From the NCBI GenBank assembly GCA_038087875.1, contig JAXLNO010000600.1, positions 496,001-560,000 on the forward strand: a DNA stretch of 64,000 nt. The letters run 5' to 3'. A program made the translations under genes and the position numbers. Of this stretch, positions 39,013 to 51,012 are shown piece by piece. Positions within the stretch are counted from its first letter, which is position 1. Each line of letters starts with the position of its first letter. Source of the stretch: Malacoraja senta (Eukaryota). The notes beneath the pieces were generated by a model. The model had not been told where the DNA came from and made no database searches. It saw only the letters and a program-made list of their open reading frames with translations.

Positions 39013-39215
39013 CTAGTGGGCGGGGTCTTTCCTCTGGATAGTCTGGTACCACACTGCTGTTGGGCAGGTTCTGGCAGCCCATGTACTCCCTCTTCACCTC
39101 CTCCGGAAGTCAGTGGTGGGTTGTTGTAGCAAGGGCCTCCGTAGATCGTGCTGTTCATCAGGCCGGGAGTGGCCTCGACGATGCCGAGGCTCGAAGGGGC
39201 AGTCCAGGCAATATT
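39013..39215 (-). CDS. same gene, terminal coding exon (two apparent +1 frameshifts; the literal frame stops at 38892)
   Basis: ttgcttctgcag acceptor, phase 0; NIAWTAPSSLGIVEATPGLMNSTIYGGPCYNNPPLT; removing one base at 39107/8 and one at 39060/1 gives PEEVKREYMGCQNLPTAVWYQTIQRKDPAH* with GC3-rich codons. Confidence 0.72.
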
Positions 39216-39416
39216 CTGCAGAAGCAACCCAACAATATCAGGGTTTCAGGATAAAGTCGCACAAACACAATAGACAATGGGTTCAGTCTGAAGAAGGGTC
39301 TCGACCCAAAACGTCACCTATTCCTTCGCTCCATCGATGCTGCCTCACCCGCTGAGTTTCTGCAGCATTTTGGTCTGCCTTCAATTGTTCCAGCATCTGC
39401 AGTTCCTTCTTAAACA

Positions 39417-40145
39417 TAGGTGCAGGAGTAGGCCATTCGGCCCTTCCAGCTACCACCGCCATTCAATGTGATCATGAATGATCATCCCCAATCAGTACCC
39501 CGTTCCTGCCTTCTCCCCATATCCCTTGACTTCGCTATCTTTAAGAGCCCTATCTAGCTCTCTCTTGAAAGTATTCAGAGAACCGGCCTCCACCGCCCTC
39601 TGAGGCAGAGAATTCCACAGACTCACAACTCTGTGTGAAAAAGTATTTCCTCATCTTCGTTCTAAATGGCTTACCCCTTATTCTTCAACTGTGGCCCCTG
39701 GTTCTGGACTCCCCCAACATCGGGAACATGTTTCCTGCCTCTAGCGTGCCCAAACCCTTAATAATCGTATGTTTCAATAAGACACCCTCTCATCCTTCTA
39801 AACTCCAGAGTGTACAAGCCCAGCCGCTCCATTCTCTCAGCATATGACAGCCCCGCCATCCCGGGAATTAACCTTTTAAACCTACACTGCACTCCCTCAA
39901 TAACAAGAATGTCGTTCCACAAATTAGGAGACCAAAACTGCTCACAATACTCCAGGTGTGGTCTCACTAGGGCCCTGTACAACTGCAGAAGAACCTCTTT
40001 GCTCCTATACCCAACTCCACTTGTTATAAAGGCCAACATGCCATTCGCTTTCCTTCACTGCCTGCAGTACCTGCATGCTTCCTTTCAGTGACTGATGAAC
40101 AAGTACTTCCCCTTTTCCCCAACTTGACACCATTTAGATAATAAT
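39417..40145 (-). mobile_element. CR1 3' fragment
   Basis: MLAFIT...LVRPHLEYCEQFWSP...LEFRRMRG. Confidence 0.88.
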
Positions 40146-41241
40146 CTCTCAATCAGAGATACAGTTGACAATTTACAGTTTAGTTTATTGTCCCGTGTAC
40201 CGAGGTACAGTGAAAAGCTTTTGTTGCGTGCTAACCAGTCCGCGGAAAGACTGGACGTGATTAGGTTGGGAGGTCATGTTGCAGTTGTACAAGACGTTGG
40301 TGAGGCCGTATTTAGAGTGTTGTGTTCAGTTTTGGGCACCGTGTTATAGGAAAGATATTGTCAAGCTGGAAAGGGTTCAGAGAAGATTTACGAGGATGTT
40401 GCCAGGACTAGAGGGTGTGAGCTATAGGGAGAGGTTGAGTAGGCTGGGTCTCTATTCGTTGGAGGATGAGGGGAGATCTTATAGAGGTGCATAAAATCAT
40501 GAGATGAATAGATCGGGTAGATGCCCAGAATCTCTTGCCCAGAGTGGGGGAATCGAGGACCAGAGGACATAGGTTCAAGGTGAAGGGGGAAAGATTTAAT
40601 AGGAATCTGAGGGGTATTTTTTTCACACAGAGGGTGGTGGGTGTATAGAACGAGCTGCCAGAGGAGGTAGTTGAGGCAGGAAATATCAGAAAGGTTTAAG
40701 AAACAGTTAGACAGGTACATGGATAGGACAGGTTTGGAAGGTTATGGACCAAGCGCTGGCAGGTGGGACTAGTGTAGCTGGGACATGTTGGCCGGTGTGG
40801 GCAAGTTTGGCCGAAGGGCCTGTTTTCACACTGTATCACTCTATGATTACAATCGAGCCATTCACAGTGTACAGATACATGATAAGGGAATAACGTTTAG
40901 TGCAAGGTAAAGCCAGCAAAGTCCGATCAAAGATAGTCCGAGGGTCACCAATGAGGTAGATAGTAGTTCAGGACTGTTCTCTGGTTGTGGTAGGATGGTT
41001 CAGTTGCCTGGTGGACACACAGCATCTCAGATGAGAAGAAATGGGTGGTGTTTCGGGTCGAGACCCTTCTTCAGACTAGTTAAGGGAAAAGGACTGTAGA
41101 GATATGGAAGGGTAAGGTGCGAAAACAACAGATCAAAGCTGATGATGATAATGAAATGTAGAATGGATCATTGTTGGCTGCGGGGAAGGTGAGGGGAAGG
41201 AAGAAAGCGGTGGAGGCCAAGTCAGTGGATATGTTTAATAG

Positions 41242-41862
41242 GATTTGAGTATAAGAGCAGGGAGGTTCTACTGCAGTTGTACAGGGTCTTGGTGAGACCA
41301 CACCTGGAGTATTGCGTACAGTTTTGGTCTCCCAATCTGAGGAAGGACATTCTTGCCATTGAGGGAGTACAGAGAAGGTTCACCAGACTGATTCCTGGGA
41401 TGGCAGGACTTTCATATGAAGAAAGACTGGATAGACTCGGCTTGTACTCGCTAGAATTTAGAAGATTGAGGGGGGATCTTATAGAAACTTACAAAATTCT
41501 TAAGGGGTTGGACAGGCTAGATGCAGGAAGATTGTTCCTGATGTTGGGGAAGTCCAGAACAAGGGGTCACAGTTTAAGGATAAAGGGGAAATCTTTTAGG
41601 ACTGAGATGAGAAAAACATTTTTTAGACAGAGAGTGGTGAATCTCTGGAACTCTCTGCCACAGAAGGTAGTTGAGGCCAGTTCATTGGTTATATTTAAGA
41701 GGGTGTTAGATGTGGCCCTTGTGGTTAAAGGGATCAGGGGATATGGAGAGAAAGCAGGTACAGGATACTGAGTTGGATGATCATATTGAATGGCGGTGCA
41801 GGCTCGAAGGGCCGAATGGCCTACTCCTGCACCTATTTTCTATGTTTCTATGTTTCTATGTT
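41242..41862 (+). mobile_element. CR1 3' fragment of the young (CTATGTTT)n subfamily
   Basis: open ORF 41277-41771; the same subfamily occurs at 58952-59483 (-) and 30296-30597 (+). Confidence 0.9.
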
Positions 41863-41865
41863 TAA

Positions 41866-42181
41866 TAGCCCTGTCCCACGGTACGAGTTCATTCCAAGAG
41901 CTCTCCCGAGTTTAAAAAAAATCAAACTCGTGGTAAGCACGGAGAATGAACTTAGCGGGTACGTCGGAGCTCGGGGACGTCGCTTAGCGACTCATTACGC
42001 TAACGGCAGGTACTCAGGAAGACTCGCTAACGGCAGGTAAGCACGGAAAGACTCGTGAAGATTTTTCAACATGTTGAAAAATGTCCACGAGAGCCCCGAG
42101 TACCGACGAGTGGCCATTACCGTAAATCTCCGAGTTCGAATCAGTGCAAACTTGAATTAGCTCGTACAGTGGGACAGGGGT
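41866..42181. mobile_element. MITE, same family as 4257-4558
   Basis: ccctgtcccacggtacgag ... ctcgtacagtgggacaggg; interior inverted relative to the 4257 copy. Confidence 0.65.
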
Positions 42182-43711
42182 TTAAGGCAGAGATAGATAG
42201 ATTCTTGATTAGTACGGGTGCCGGGGGTTACGGGGAGAAGGCAGGAAAATGGGGTTAGGAGGGAGAGATAGATCAGCCGTGATTGAATGGCGAAGTCTTG
42301 ATGGGCCGAATGGCCTAATTCTGCTCAACTACAACTAGTGAGCAGTCCTGAACTACTATCTACCTCATTGGTGACCCTTGGGACTATCTTTGGTCAGACT
42401 TTGCTGGCTTTACCTTGCACTAAACGTTATTCCCTTATCCTGTATCTGTACACTGTGGACGGCTCGATTGTAATCATGTATTGTCTTTCCGCTGACTGGT
42501 TAGCACGCAACAAAAGCTTTTCACTGTACCTCGACACACGTGACAATAAACTGAACTCAAACTGAAACTCCCCCTATAACATAGAAACGTAGAAAAATAA
42601 GTACAGGAGTAGGCCATTCGGCCCTTTCAACCAGCACCACCATTTAATGTGATCATGGCTAATCATCTAAAATCAGTACCCCGTTCCTGCCTTCTCCCCA
42701 TATCCCTTGATTCCGTTAGGCCTAAGAGTTAGAAACATAGAAAATAGGTGCAGGAGGAGACCATTCGGCCCTTCGAGCCAGCACCGCCATTCATTGTGAT
42801 CATGGCTGATCGTCCCCAATCAATAACCAGTGCCTGCCTTCTCCCCATATCCCTTGACACCACTAGCCCCTAAAGCTCTAACTCTCGCTTAAATCCATCC
42901 AGTGATTTGGCCTCCACTGCCCTCTGTGGCAGGGAATTCCACAAATTCACAACTCTCTGGGTGAAAACGTTTTTTCTCACCTCAGTCTTAAATGGCTTCC
43001 CTTTTATTCTAAGACTGTGGCCCCTGGTTCTGGACTCGCCCAACATTGGGAACATTTTTCCTGCATCTAGCTGGTCCAGTCCTTTTATAATTTTATATGT
43101 TTCTATAAGATCCCCCTCATCCTCCGAAACTCCAGTGAATACAAGCCTAGTCTTTTCAATCTTCCCTCATATGACAGTCCCGCCATCCCAGGGATCAATC
43201 TCGTGAACCTACGCTGCACTGCCTCAATCACAAGGATGTCCTTCCTCAAATTAGTTAAATCCAACTCTCTCTTGAAAACTGTTGAATTCCAGCATCTCCA
43301 TTGTCTCATGCCCCATATCATTGTTGCTGTCTCTGGTATCCTGGCCAATATTTAATATATATATTTTATATAGCACTGACATTTATCTCATTGCCGCTTG
43401 TGGGACCTCATTCTGGATGAATTGGCTAATGTTATTCCTATAAAGACAATGACTTGTTCAAAAAGAACTTGGACGGCTGTGATCCTAGGATGAGAACTTG
43501 GATGGATAATCTTAGAATGGGAAATTGTGTGCGGAAATAGACAATAGGTGCAGGAGGAGGCCATTCGGCCCTTCGAGCCAGCACTGCCATTCAATGTGAT
43601 CATGGCTGATTATCCCCAATCAGGACCCCATTCCTGCCTTCTCCCCATATCCCCTGACTCCGTTAGCCCGAAGAGCTAAATCTAACTCTCGCTTGAAAAC
43701 TATGAGCTGAC

Positions 43712-43966
43712 CTTGAGGATGTAATCACTGATGCATTGGTTGGGCTGCAGTTCTGCCCAGAAGTCCGTGAAGGTTGAGGCCCAGGTGAAGTCGGAGCCCC
43801 TGCTGTTGCCGATGACCACAACATTCAGATGCTTGCTGGAGGAGCGCAGTTTCTTCACCAGCGTCCCGGGGTAACTCTGATCGACGAAGATGAACACTCT
43901 GTTGGCTTTGCACCCTTCCAGATCCATCAGCAGCTCCCCCACTGTGTACCTCTCCTTCTGGTCAGC
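43712..43966 (-). CDS. same gene, coding exon (strand at the catalytic-Cys position)
   Basis: tgttccacttcccag acceptor and AAG|gtcagc donor; 255 nt, phase 0-0; ADQKERYTVGELLMDLEGCKANRVFIFVDQSYPGTLVKKLRSSSKHLNVVVIGNSRGSDFTWASTFTDFWAELQPNQCISDYILK. Confidence 0.88.
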
Positions 43967-44034
43967 CTGGGAAGTGGAACAGGCACACACAGAGTCACCC
44001 ACACGGCCATCAACAACTAGCGATCCGTCCTCAC

Positions 44035-44515
44035 GTGCGGCAGAGGTTCACCTGCACCTCCTCCAACCTCCTCCATTGCATCCGCTGCTCTAGGTGTCAG
44101 CTGCTCTACATCGGTGAGACCAAGCGTAGGCTTGGCGATCGCTTCGCCCAACACCTCCGCTCGGTTCGCAATAACCAACCTGATCTCCAGGTGGCTCAGC
44201 ACTTCAACTCCCCCTTCCATTACCAATCCGACCTTTCTGTCCTGGGCCTCCTCCGTGGCCAGAGTGATTCCCACTGTAAATTGGAGGAGCAGCACCTCAT
44301 ATTTCGCTTGGGTAGTTTACACCCCAGCGGTATGAACATTGACTTCTCCAATTTCAGGTAGTCCTTGCTTTCTCCCTCCTTCCCCTCCCCAGCTCTCCCA
44401 CAGCCTAGTGTCTCCGCCTCTTCCTTTCTTTTTCCCGCCCCCCCCACCCCGACATCAGTCTGAAGAAGGGCCTCGACCCGAAATGTCACCTATTCCTTCG
44501 CTCCATAGATGCTGG
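44035..44515 (+). mobile_element. Penelope-like element 3' fragment (GIY-YIG endonuclease plus pLTR)
   Basis: CIRCSRCQLLYIGETKRRLGDRFAQH...EEQHLIFRLGSLHPSGMN is a Penelope-type GIY-YIG domain, followed by a hammerhead-core motif. Confidence 0.85.
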
Positions 44516-45610
44516 AGAAACTCAGCAGGTGAGGCAGCATCTATGGAGCGAAGGAATAGGTGACGCTTCGTGCCGAGACCCTTCTTCAGTCTGAAGAAGG
44601 GCCTCGACCCGAAACGTCACCTATTCCTATCCCTATCTCTGTGTCTCCCTCTCCCCTGACTCTCAGTCTGAAGAAGGGTCTCGACCCGAAACGTCACCCA
44701 TTCCTTCTCTCCACAGATGCTGCCTGTCCCGCTGAGTTACTCCAGCATTTTGTGTCCATCTTCAAAAATAGGCCAGTTGGCCCAGCCCATCATCCGGTCC
44801 AACCATCAGGAACTAGAGGCAGGAAACATGTTCCCGATGTTGGGGGAGTGCAGAACCAGGGGCCACAGTTTAAGAATAAGGGGTAAGCCATTTAGAACAG
44901 AGACGAGGAAACACTTTTTCACACAGAGTTGAGAGTCTGTGGAATTCTCTGCCTCAGAGGACGGTGGAGGCCGGTTCTCTGGATACTTTCAAGAGAGAGT
45001 TAGATAGAGCTCTTAAAGATAGCGGAGTCAATGGATATGGAGATAAGGCAGGAATGGGATACTGATTGGGGATGGTACACTAAAATGCTGGAGAAACTCA
45101 GCGGGTGCAGCAGCATCTATGGAGCGAAGGAAATAGGCAACGTTTCGGGCCGAAACCCTTAAGGGAATAGGCAACCCTTAAGGAAATAACCCTTAAGGAA
45201 ATAGGCAACGTTTCGGGCTGAAACCCAAGGGTTTCGGCCCGAAACGTTGCCTATTTCCTTCGCTCCATAGATGCTGCCTCACCCGCTGAGTTTCTCCAGC
45301 ATTTTGTCTACCTTCCTCACCACTCGATGAGAGTACAAGGCATGCTGGAATTACTCCAGGAGCGGACCACTGCCCAGGCCATCACCGGCTCTGACCTTCC
45401 CACCATCGAAGGGATCTATCGGTCAATAGACAATAGACAATAGGTGCAGGAATAGGCCATTCGGCCCTTCGAGCCAGCACCGCCATTCAATGTGATCATG
45501 GCTGATCATCCCCAATCAGTACCCCGTTACTGCCTTCTTCTCATAACCCCTGACTTTGCCAATAGTGAAAGGACCGGATAGAGTGGATGTGAAGTGGATG
45601 TTTCCACTAA

Positions 45611-46285
45611 TTGAATTGAATACATTTTATTTGCCAAGTATTCACATACAAGGAATGTGCCTTGGCGCTCCGCTCGCAAGTAACAACACGATATACAGTA
45701 GAGAATTAAAAATAAAACATTATAAGTTAAAGTAGAATGAAATAAAATACCAGAGCAAAAGAGGCTACAGACTTGGTTATTGAGTAGAGCAACTACTCGT
45801 GGAAAAAAGCTGTTTTTATGTCTGGCTGTGGCAGCTTTGACAGTCCGGAGTCGCCTTCCAGAGGGAAGTGATTCAAAGAGTTTGTGGGCAGGGTGAGAGG
45901 GGTCAGAGATGATCTTGCCCGCTCGCTTCCTGGCCCTTGCAGTGTACAGTTCATCAATGGAGGGAAGGTTGCAGCCAATAACCTTCTCAGCTGATCGGAC
46001 GATTCGCAGCAGTCTCCGGGTGTCGTGCTTGGTGGCTGAGCCAAACCAGACCATGATGGAGAAGGTGAGAACAGACTCTACGACGGCCGTGTAGAATTGG
46101 ACCATCATTGCCTGTGGCAGATTGTGCTTCCTCAGCTGCCGCAGGAAGTACATCCTCTGTTGTGCCTTTTTGACTGTGGAGTCGATGGTAGCCCCCCATT
46201 TAAGGTCCTTGGAGATGATGGTTCCCAGGAACTTAAAAGACTCCACAGATGTGACTGTGGTGTTGTTGATGGTGAGTGGGGTGAG
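45611..46285 (-). mobile_element. Rex1/Babar LINE 3' fragment
   Basis: ESFKFLGTIISKDLKW...KKAQQRMYFLRQLRK...DPSHPAHKLFESLPSGRR...KNSFFP; a shorter copy of the same family lies at 2438-2765 (+). Confidence 0.85.
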
Positions 46286-47602
46286 CTCTCCTAAAGTCTA
46301 CTATCTACAGTCTACGGGAGAGTCTAGGACCAAAGGGCATAGCCTCAAAATTAAAGGACGTTCCTTTAGAAAGATGAGGAGGAATTTCTTTAGTCAGAGG
46401 GCGGTGAATCTGTGGAATTCATTGCCACAGACGCCTGTGGAAGCCAAGTCAGTGGATATATTTAAGGCAGAGATAGATTCTTGATTTGTACGGGTGTCAG
46501 GGGTTATGGGGAGATGGCAGGATAATTGGGTTAGGAGGGAGTGATAGACCAGCCATAAATGAATGGCGGTAGACTTGATGGGCCGAATGGCCTAATTCTG
46601 CTCCTATCACATGAACATGAAGCAGTCCCTCCGACCAGCGATCCCCACCCACTAGCACTATCCTACACACACATGGGGACAATTTACAATTTTACCAAAG
46701 CCAATTAACCTACAAACCTGCACATCTTTAGAGTGTGGGAGCAAACCGGAGCGCCCGGAGAAAACCCACGCAGGTCACGGGGAGAACGTACAAACCCCGT
46801 ACAGACGGCACCCGTAGTCAGGATCGAACCCGGGTCTCTGGCGCAGAGAAGCAGCAGCTCTACCCGCTGCGCCACCGTGCCGCCCCCATCTACTGAACTC
46901 TGCAACCAAGTTCTCTTAACTACTGACATGACTGCGTCATATAAAATCACTTGCCCACAGTAGGGGAATCGACATTGGTTTAAGGTGAGGGGGGAAAGAT
47001 TTAATAGGAATCTTTTTCCACAGAGTCCACTTCTGCAGTTGTACAGAGCCCTAGTGAGACCACACCTGGAGTATTGTGTGCAGTTTTGGTCCCCTAATTT
47101 GAGGAAGGACATTCTTGCTATTGAGGGAGTGCAGCGTAGGTTTACAAGGTTAATTCCCGGGATGGCGGGACTGTCGTATGCTGAGAAAATGGAACATATA
47201 AGATTGTTAAGGGCTTGGACACGCTAGAGGCAGGAAACATGTTCCCAATGTTGGGGGAGTCTGGAACCAGGGTCCACAGTTTAAGAATAAGGAGTAAGCC
47301 ATTTAGAACGGAGACGAGGAAACACTTTTTCTCCCAGACTGTGGTGAGTCTGTGGAATTCTCTGCCTCAGAGGGCGGTGGAGGCAGGTTCTCTGGATACT
47401 TTCAAGAGATAGCTAGATAGGGCTCTTAAAAATAGCGGAGTCAGGGGATATGGGGAGAAGGCAGGAATGGGGTATAGATTGGGGATGATCAGCCATAATC
47501 ACATTGAATGGCGGTGCTGGCTCGAGGGGCCGAATAGCCTACTCCTGCACCTATTGTCTATTGTCAGATGGTGTTGGGTGTATGGAACGAGCTGCCAGAG
47601 GA

Positions 47603-48129
47603 GCATCTGCAGTGAGATGCTGCAGATGTTCTGCCAATCGGTGGCGGCCAGTGCCATCCTCTTCGCTGCCGTGTGCCGGGGCAGCAGGGCGAAGGCCGCG
47701 GACGCCAACAGGATCAACAAACTCATCAGAAAGGCTGGTTCCGTCCTGGGATTCACGGGAGGTTGGTCTTGGAGGGGAGGATGCTCCTCAAACTGCGGAG
47801 CATCCTGGACAACACAGCTCACCCCCTCCGTGACACACTGGTCAACCTGAGGAGCACCTTCAGCAACAGACTGGTTCCACCAAGATGCAGCACAGAACGC
47901 CACAGGAGATCCTTCTTCCCTGTGGCTATCACACTGTACAACTCCTCCCCCTTCTGTCGTGGTAGACTGAGACCGAGTGACTCTCTCCCCCCCCCTCCCC
48001 AAACTTTGCACATCACCCAATCCTTTCCACTCGTCACTTTAATTTCATCTTTCATGTATCTTGTGTTTTTATGACTGTTGGCAGATCAATTTCCCTCCTG
48101 CGATCAATAAAGTTCTATCGTATCGTATC
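47603..48129 (+). mobile_element. Rex1/Babar-like LINE 3' fragment
   Basis: QSVAASAILFAAVC...RINKLIRKAGSVLG...ILDNTAHPL...RRSFFPVAITLYN; aataaa plus (TATCG)n tail. Confidence 0.75.
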
Positions 48130-48599
48130 CTTGGAGGGAGCTGAGGCACAGGGTAGTTGTCGGAGTGGTGCAGCGGGTAGAGCTGCTGCCTCACAGCGCC
48201 AGAGACCCAGGTTCGATCCTGACTACGGGTGCTGCCTGTACGGAGTTTGCACGTTCTGCCCGTGACCTGCATAGGTTTTCTCCAGGTGCTCCGGTTTCCT
48301 CCCACACTCCAAAGACGTGCAGGTTTGTAGGTTAATTGGCTTTGGTAAAATTGAAAATTGCCCCGAGTGTGTGTGTAGGACAGACTTAATGTACAGGCGA
48401 TCGCTGGTCGGCACAGACTCAGTGGGCCGAAGGCCTGTTTCCGCGCTGTATCTCCAGTGTCTAAAGTAAAGTGGAGGTCACGGGTTTCAGGCTCCTGTAC
48501 CTTCTTCCCGACGGTGGCAGCGAGATGAGAACATGGCCAGGGTGGTGTGGGTCTCTGATGATGCTGGCTGCCTTTTTGAGGCAGCGACTCCTGTAGATC

Positions 48600-48721
48600 C
48601 CTTCAATGGTGGGGAGGTCAGTACTGTGATGGACCTTCGATGGTGGGGAGGTCAGTACTGTGATGGACCTTCGATGGTGGGGAGGTCAGTACTGTGATGG
48701 ACCTTCGATGGTGGGGAGGTC
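48600..48721 (+). repeat. 34-bp tandem repeat, about 3.6 copies
   Basis: unit ccttcgatggtggggaggtcagtactgtgatgga within a Rex1 fragment. Confidence 0.9.
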
Positions 48722-48774
48722 GAGGAGATTATTCATCGACGAACCAAACTTCCTCAACCCTCTTCGGAAGTTGA

Positions 48775-49315
48775 GCAGTTTTGGTCCCCTCATTTGAGGA
48801 AGGACATTCTTGCTATTGAGGGAGTGCAGCGTAGGTTTACAAGGTTAATTCCCGGGATGGCGGGACTGTCATGTGTTGAGAGAATGGAGCGGCTGGGCTT
48901 GTATACTCTGGAGTTTAGAAGGATGAGAGGATATCTTATTGAAACATATAAGATTATTAAGGGTTTGGACACGCTAGAGGCAGGAAACATGTTCCTGATG
49001 TTGGGGGAGTCCAGAACCAAGGGCCACAGTTTAAGAATAAGGGGTAAGCCATTTAGAACGGAGATGAGGAAACATTTTTTTCACACAGAGAGTTGTGAGT
49101 CTGTGGAATTCTCTGCCTCAGAGGGCGGTGGAGGCCGGTTCTCTGGATACTTTCAAGAGATAGCTAGATACGGCTCTTAAATATAGCGGAGTCAGGGGGA
49201 TATGGGGAGAAGGCAGGAACGGAGTACTGATTGAGGATGATCAGCCACGATCACAGTGAATGGCGGTGCTGGCTCGAAGGGCCGAATGGCCTACTCCTGC
49301 ACCTATTGTCTATTG
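48775..49315 (+). mobile_element. CR1 3' fragment
   Basis: RKDILAIEGVQRRFTRLIPGM...; related copies at 47030-47563 (+) and 51084-51672, 54920-55550 (-). Confidence 0.88.
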
Positions 49316-50839
49316 AGGCATCGGTGGGCTGTCTTTAAGATTGCATTAAGGTGTTGGGTCCAGGTCAGATCATCAGAGATATCCACGCACTGGAACCCGA
49401 GGTTACTGACTCTTACCAGAGGGTGGTGAATCTGTGGGATTCTTTGCAACAGACGGCTGTGGAGGCCACAAGTCAGTGGATATTGTCAAGGCAGACATGG
49501 AAAGATTCTTGACTAGAACGGGTGTCAGAGGTTATGGGGAGAAGGCAGGGCATGAGTGATAGGAGCAGAATTAGGCCATTCGGCCCATCAAGTCTACTCC
49601 GCCATTCAATCTTGACTGATCTATCTCTCCCTCCTAACCCCATTCTCCTGCCTTCTCCCCGTAACCCCTGACACCCGCACTAATCAAGAATCTATCTATC
49701 TCTGCACTAAATATATCCACTGACTTGTGGCCTCCACAGCCGTCTGTGGCAAAGAATCCCACAGATTCACCACCCTCTGGCTGAAGAACAGTCACAGTGT
49801 GCGTGCACATGTTGAGTTCCACTGCCTGCATTTACTCGTTATCACCTACCCCACTGCCAACAATGGACCATTGTGGGCTCCACATTTCCTGGATCATCGT
49901 AGCTTTCTGCATTGATCTGTCCTCAGTACCGTCCACATCTCTCGCTCCCCTCTCCCCTGACCCTCAGTCTGAAGAAGGGTCTCGACCCCAAACCTCGCCC
50001 ATTCCTTCTCCCCAGAGATGCTGCCTGTCCCGCTGAGTTTACTCCAGCATTTTGTGTCTATCTTCCGGCTTAAACCAGTTCCTTCCTCCACATTTTGTGA
50101 TGGAGTAGGCTCTGAGCCCAGACCGACAGAGTTTAGTTCAGAGATACCGCGCGGAAACAGGCCCTTCGGCCCACCGGGTCGGCGCCGACCAGCGATCCCC
50201 GCACACAAACACCATCCTACACACACACGAGGGACAATTTTTACACATTTACACCAAGCCAGTTAACCTACAAACCCGCACGTCTTTGGAGTTTGGGAGG
50301 TAAGCGAAGATTTTAAGAATAAGGAGTAAGCCATTTAGAACGGAGACGAGAAAACACTTTTTCACACAGAGAGTGGTGAGTCTGTGGAATTCTCTGCCAG
50401 AGGGCGATGGAGGCAGGTTCTCTGGATGCTTTCAAGAGAGGGCTGGATAGTGCTTTTAAAGATAGCAGAGTCAGGGGATATGGGGAGAAGGCAGGAACGG
50501 GGTACTGATTGTGGATGATCAGCCATGATCACATTGAATGGCGGTGCTGGCTCGAAGGGCCGAATGGCCTACTCCTGCACCTATTGTCTATTGTCTATTG
50601 TCTATTGTCTACGCCAGTTCACCTACAAACGTCTTTGGAGTGTGGAGTGTGGAGTGTGGGAGGAAACCGGAGATCCCGGAGAAAACCCACGCAGGTCACG
50701 GGGAGAATGTACAAACTCCGTACAGACAGCACCGGTAGTCGTGATGGAACCCGGGTCTCCGGCGCAGCGAGGCAGCAACTCTACCACAGCGGGGGTGAGG
50801 GAGGGTTGACTTTCCCGCTCGCTCCTTACGGATACCTAC

Positions 50840-51012
50840 TATCCCGTCGTTGTTGACGTCCCACAGCAGCATGGTCCCGTCGTTCCTGGTGGGGCTGTTG
50901 AGGTACAGGACCAGGGAGTCGGCGCAGTTGGTCGCTCGGCAAATGTAGGACAGGTGGCTGCGGATCATCACCTTCTCCGTGGCTGGGTAGATGCCCTCGT
51001 TCTCCTCGCCCA
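50840..51012 (-). CDS. same gene, coding exon (strand at the catalytic-His position)
   Basis: ttttctccttgttcctggcag acceptor and ATA|gtaggt donor; phase 1-0; (V)GEENEGIYPATEKVMIRSHLSYICRATNCADSLVLYLNSPTRNDGTMLLWDVNNDGI. Confidence 0.87.

Noticed and set aside
39055..39110. Programmed ribosomal frameshifting in the last exon
   Set aside because: Two successive shifts would be needed and no slippery heptamer or stimulator is evident; sequence error or mutation is simpler
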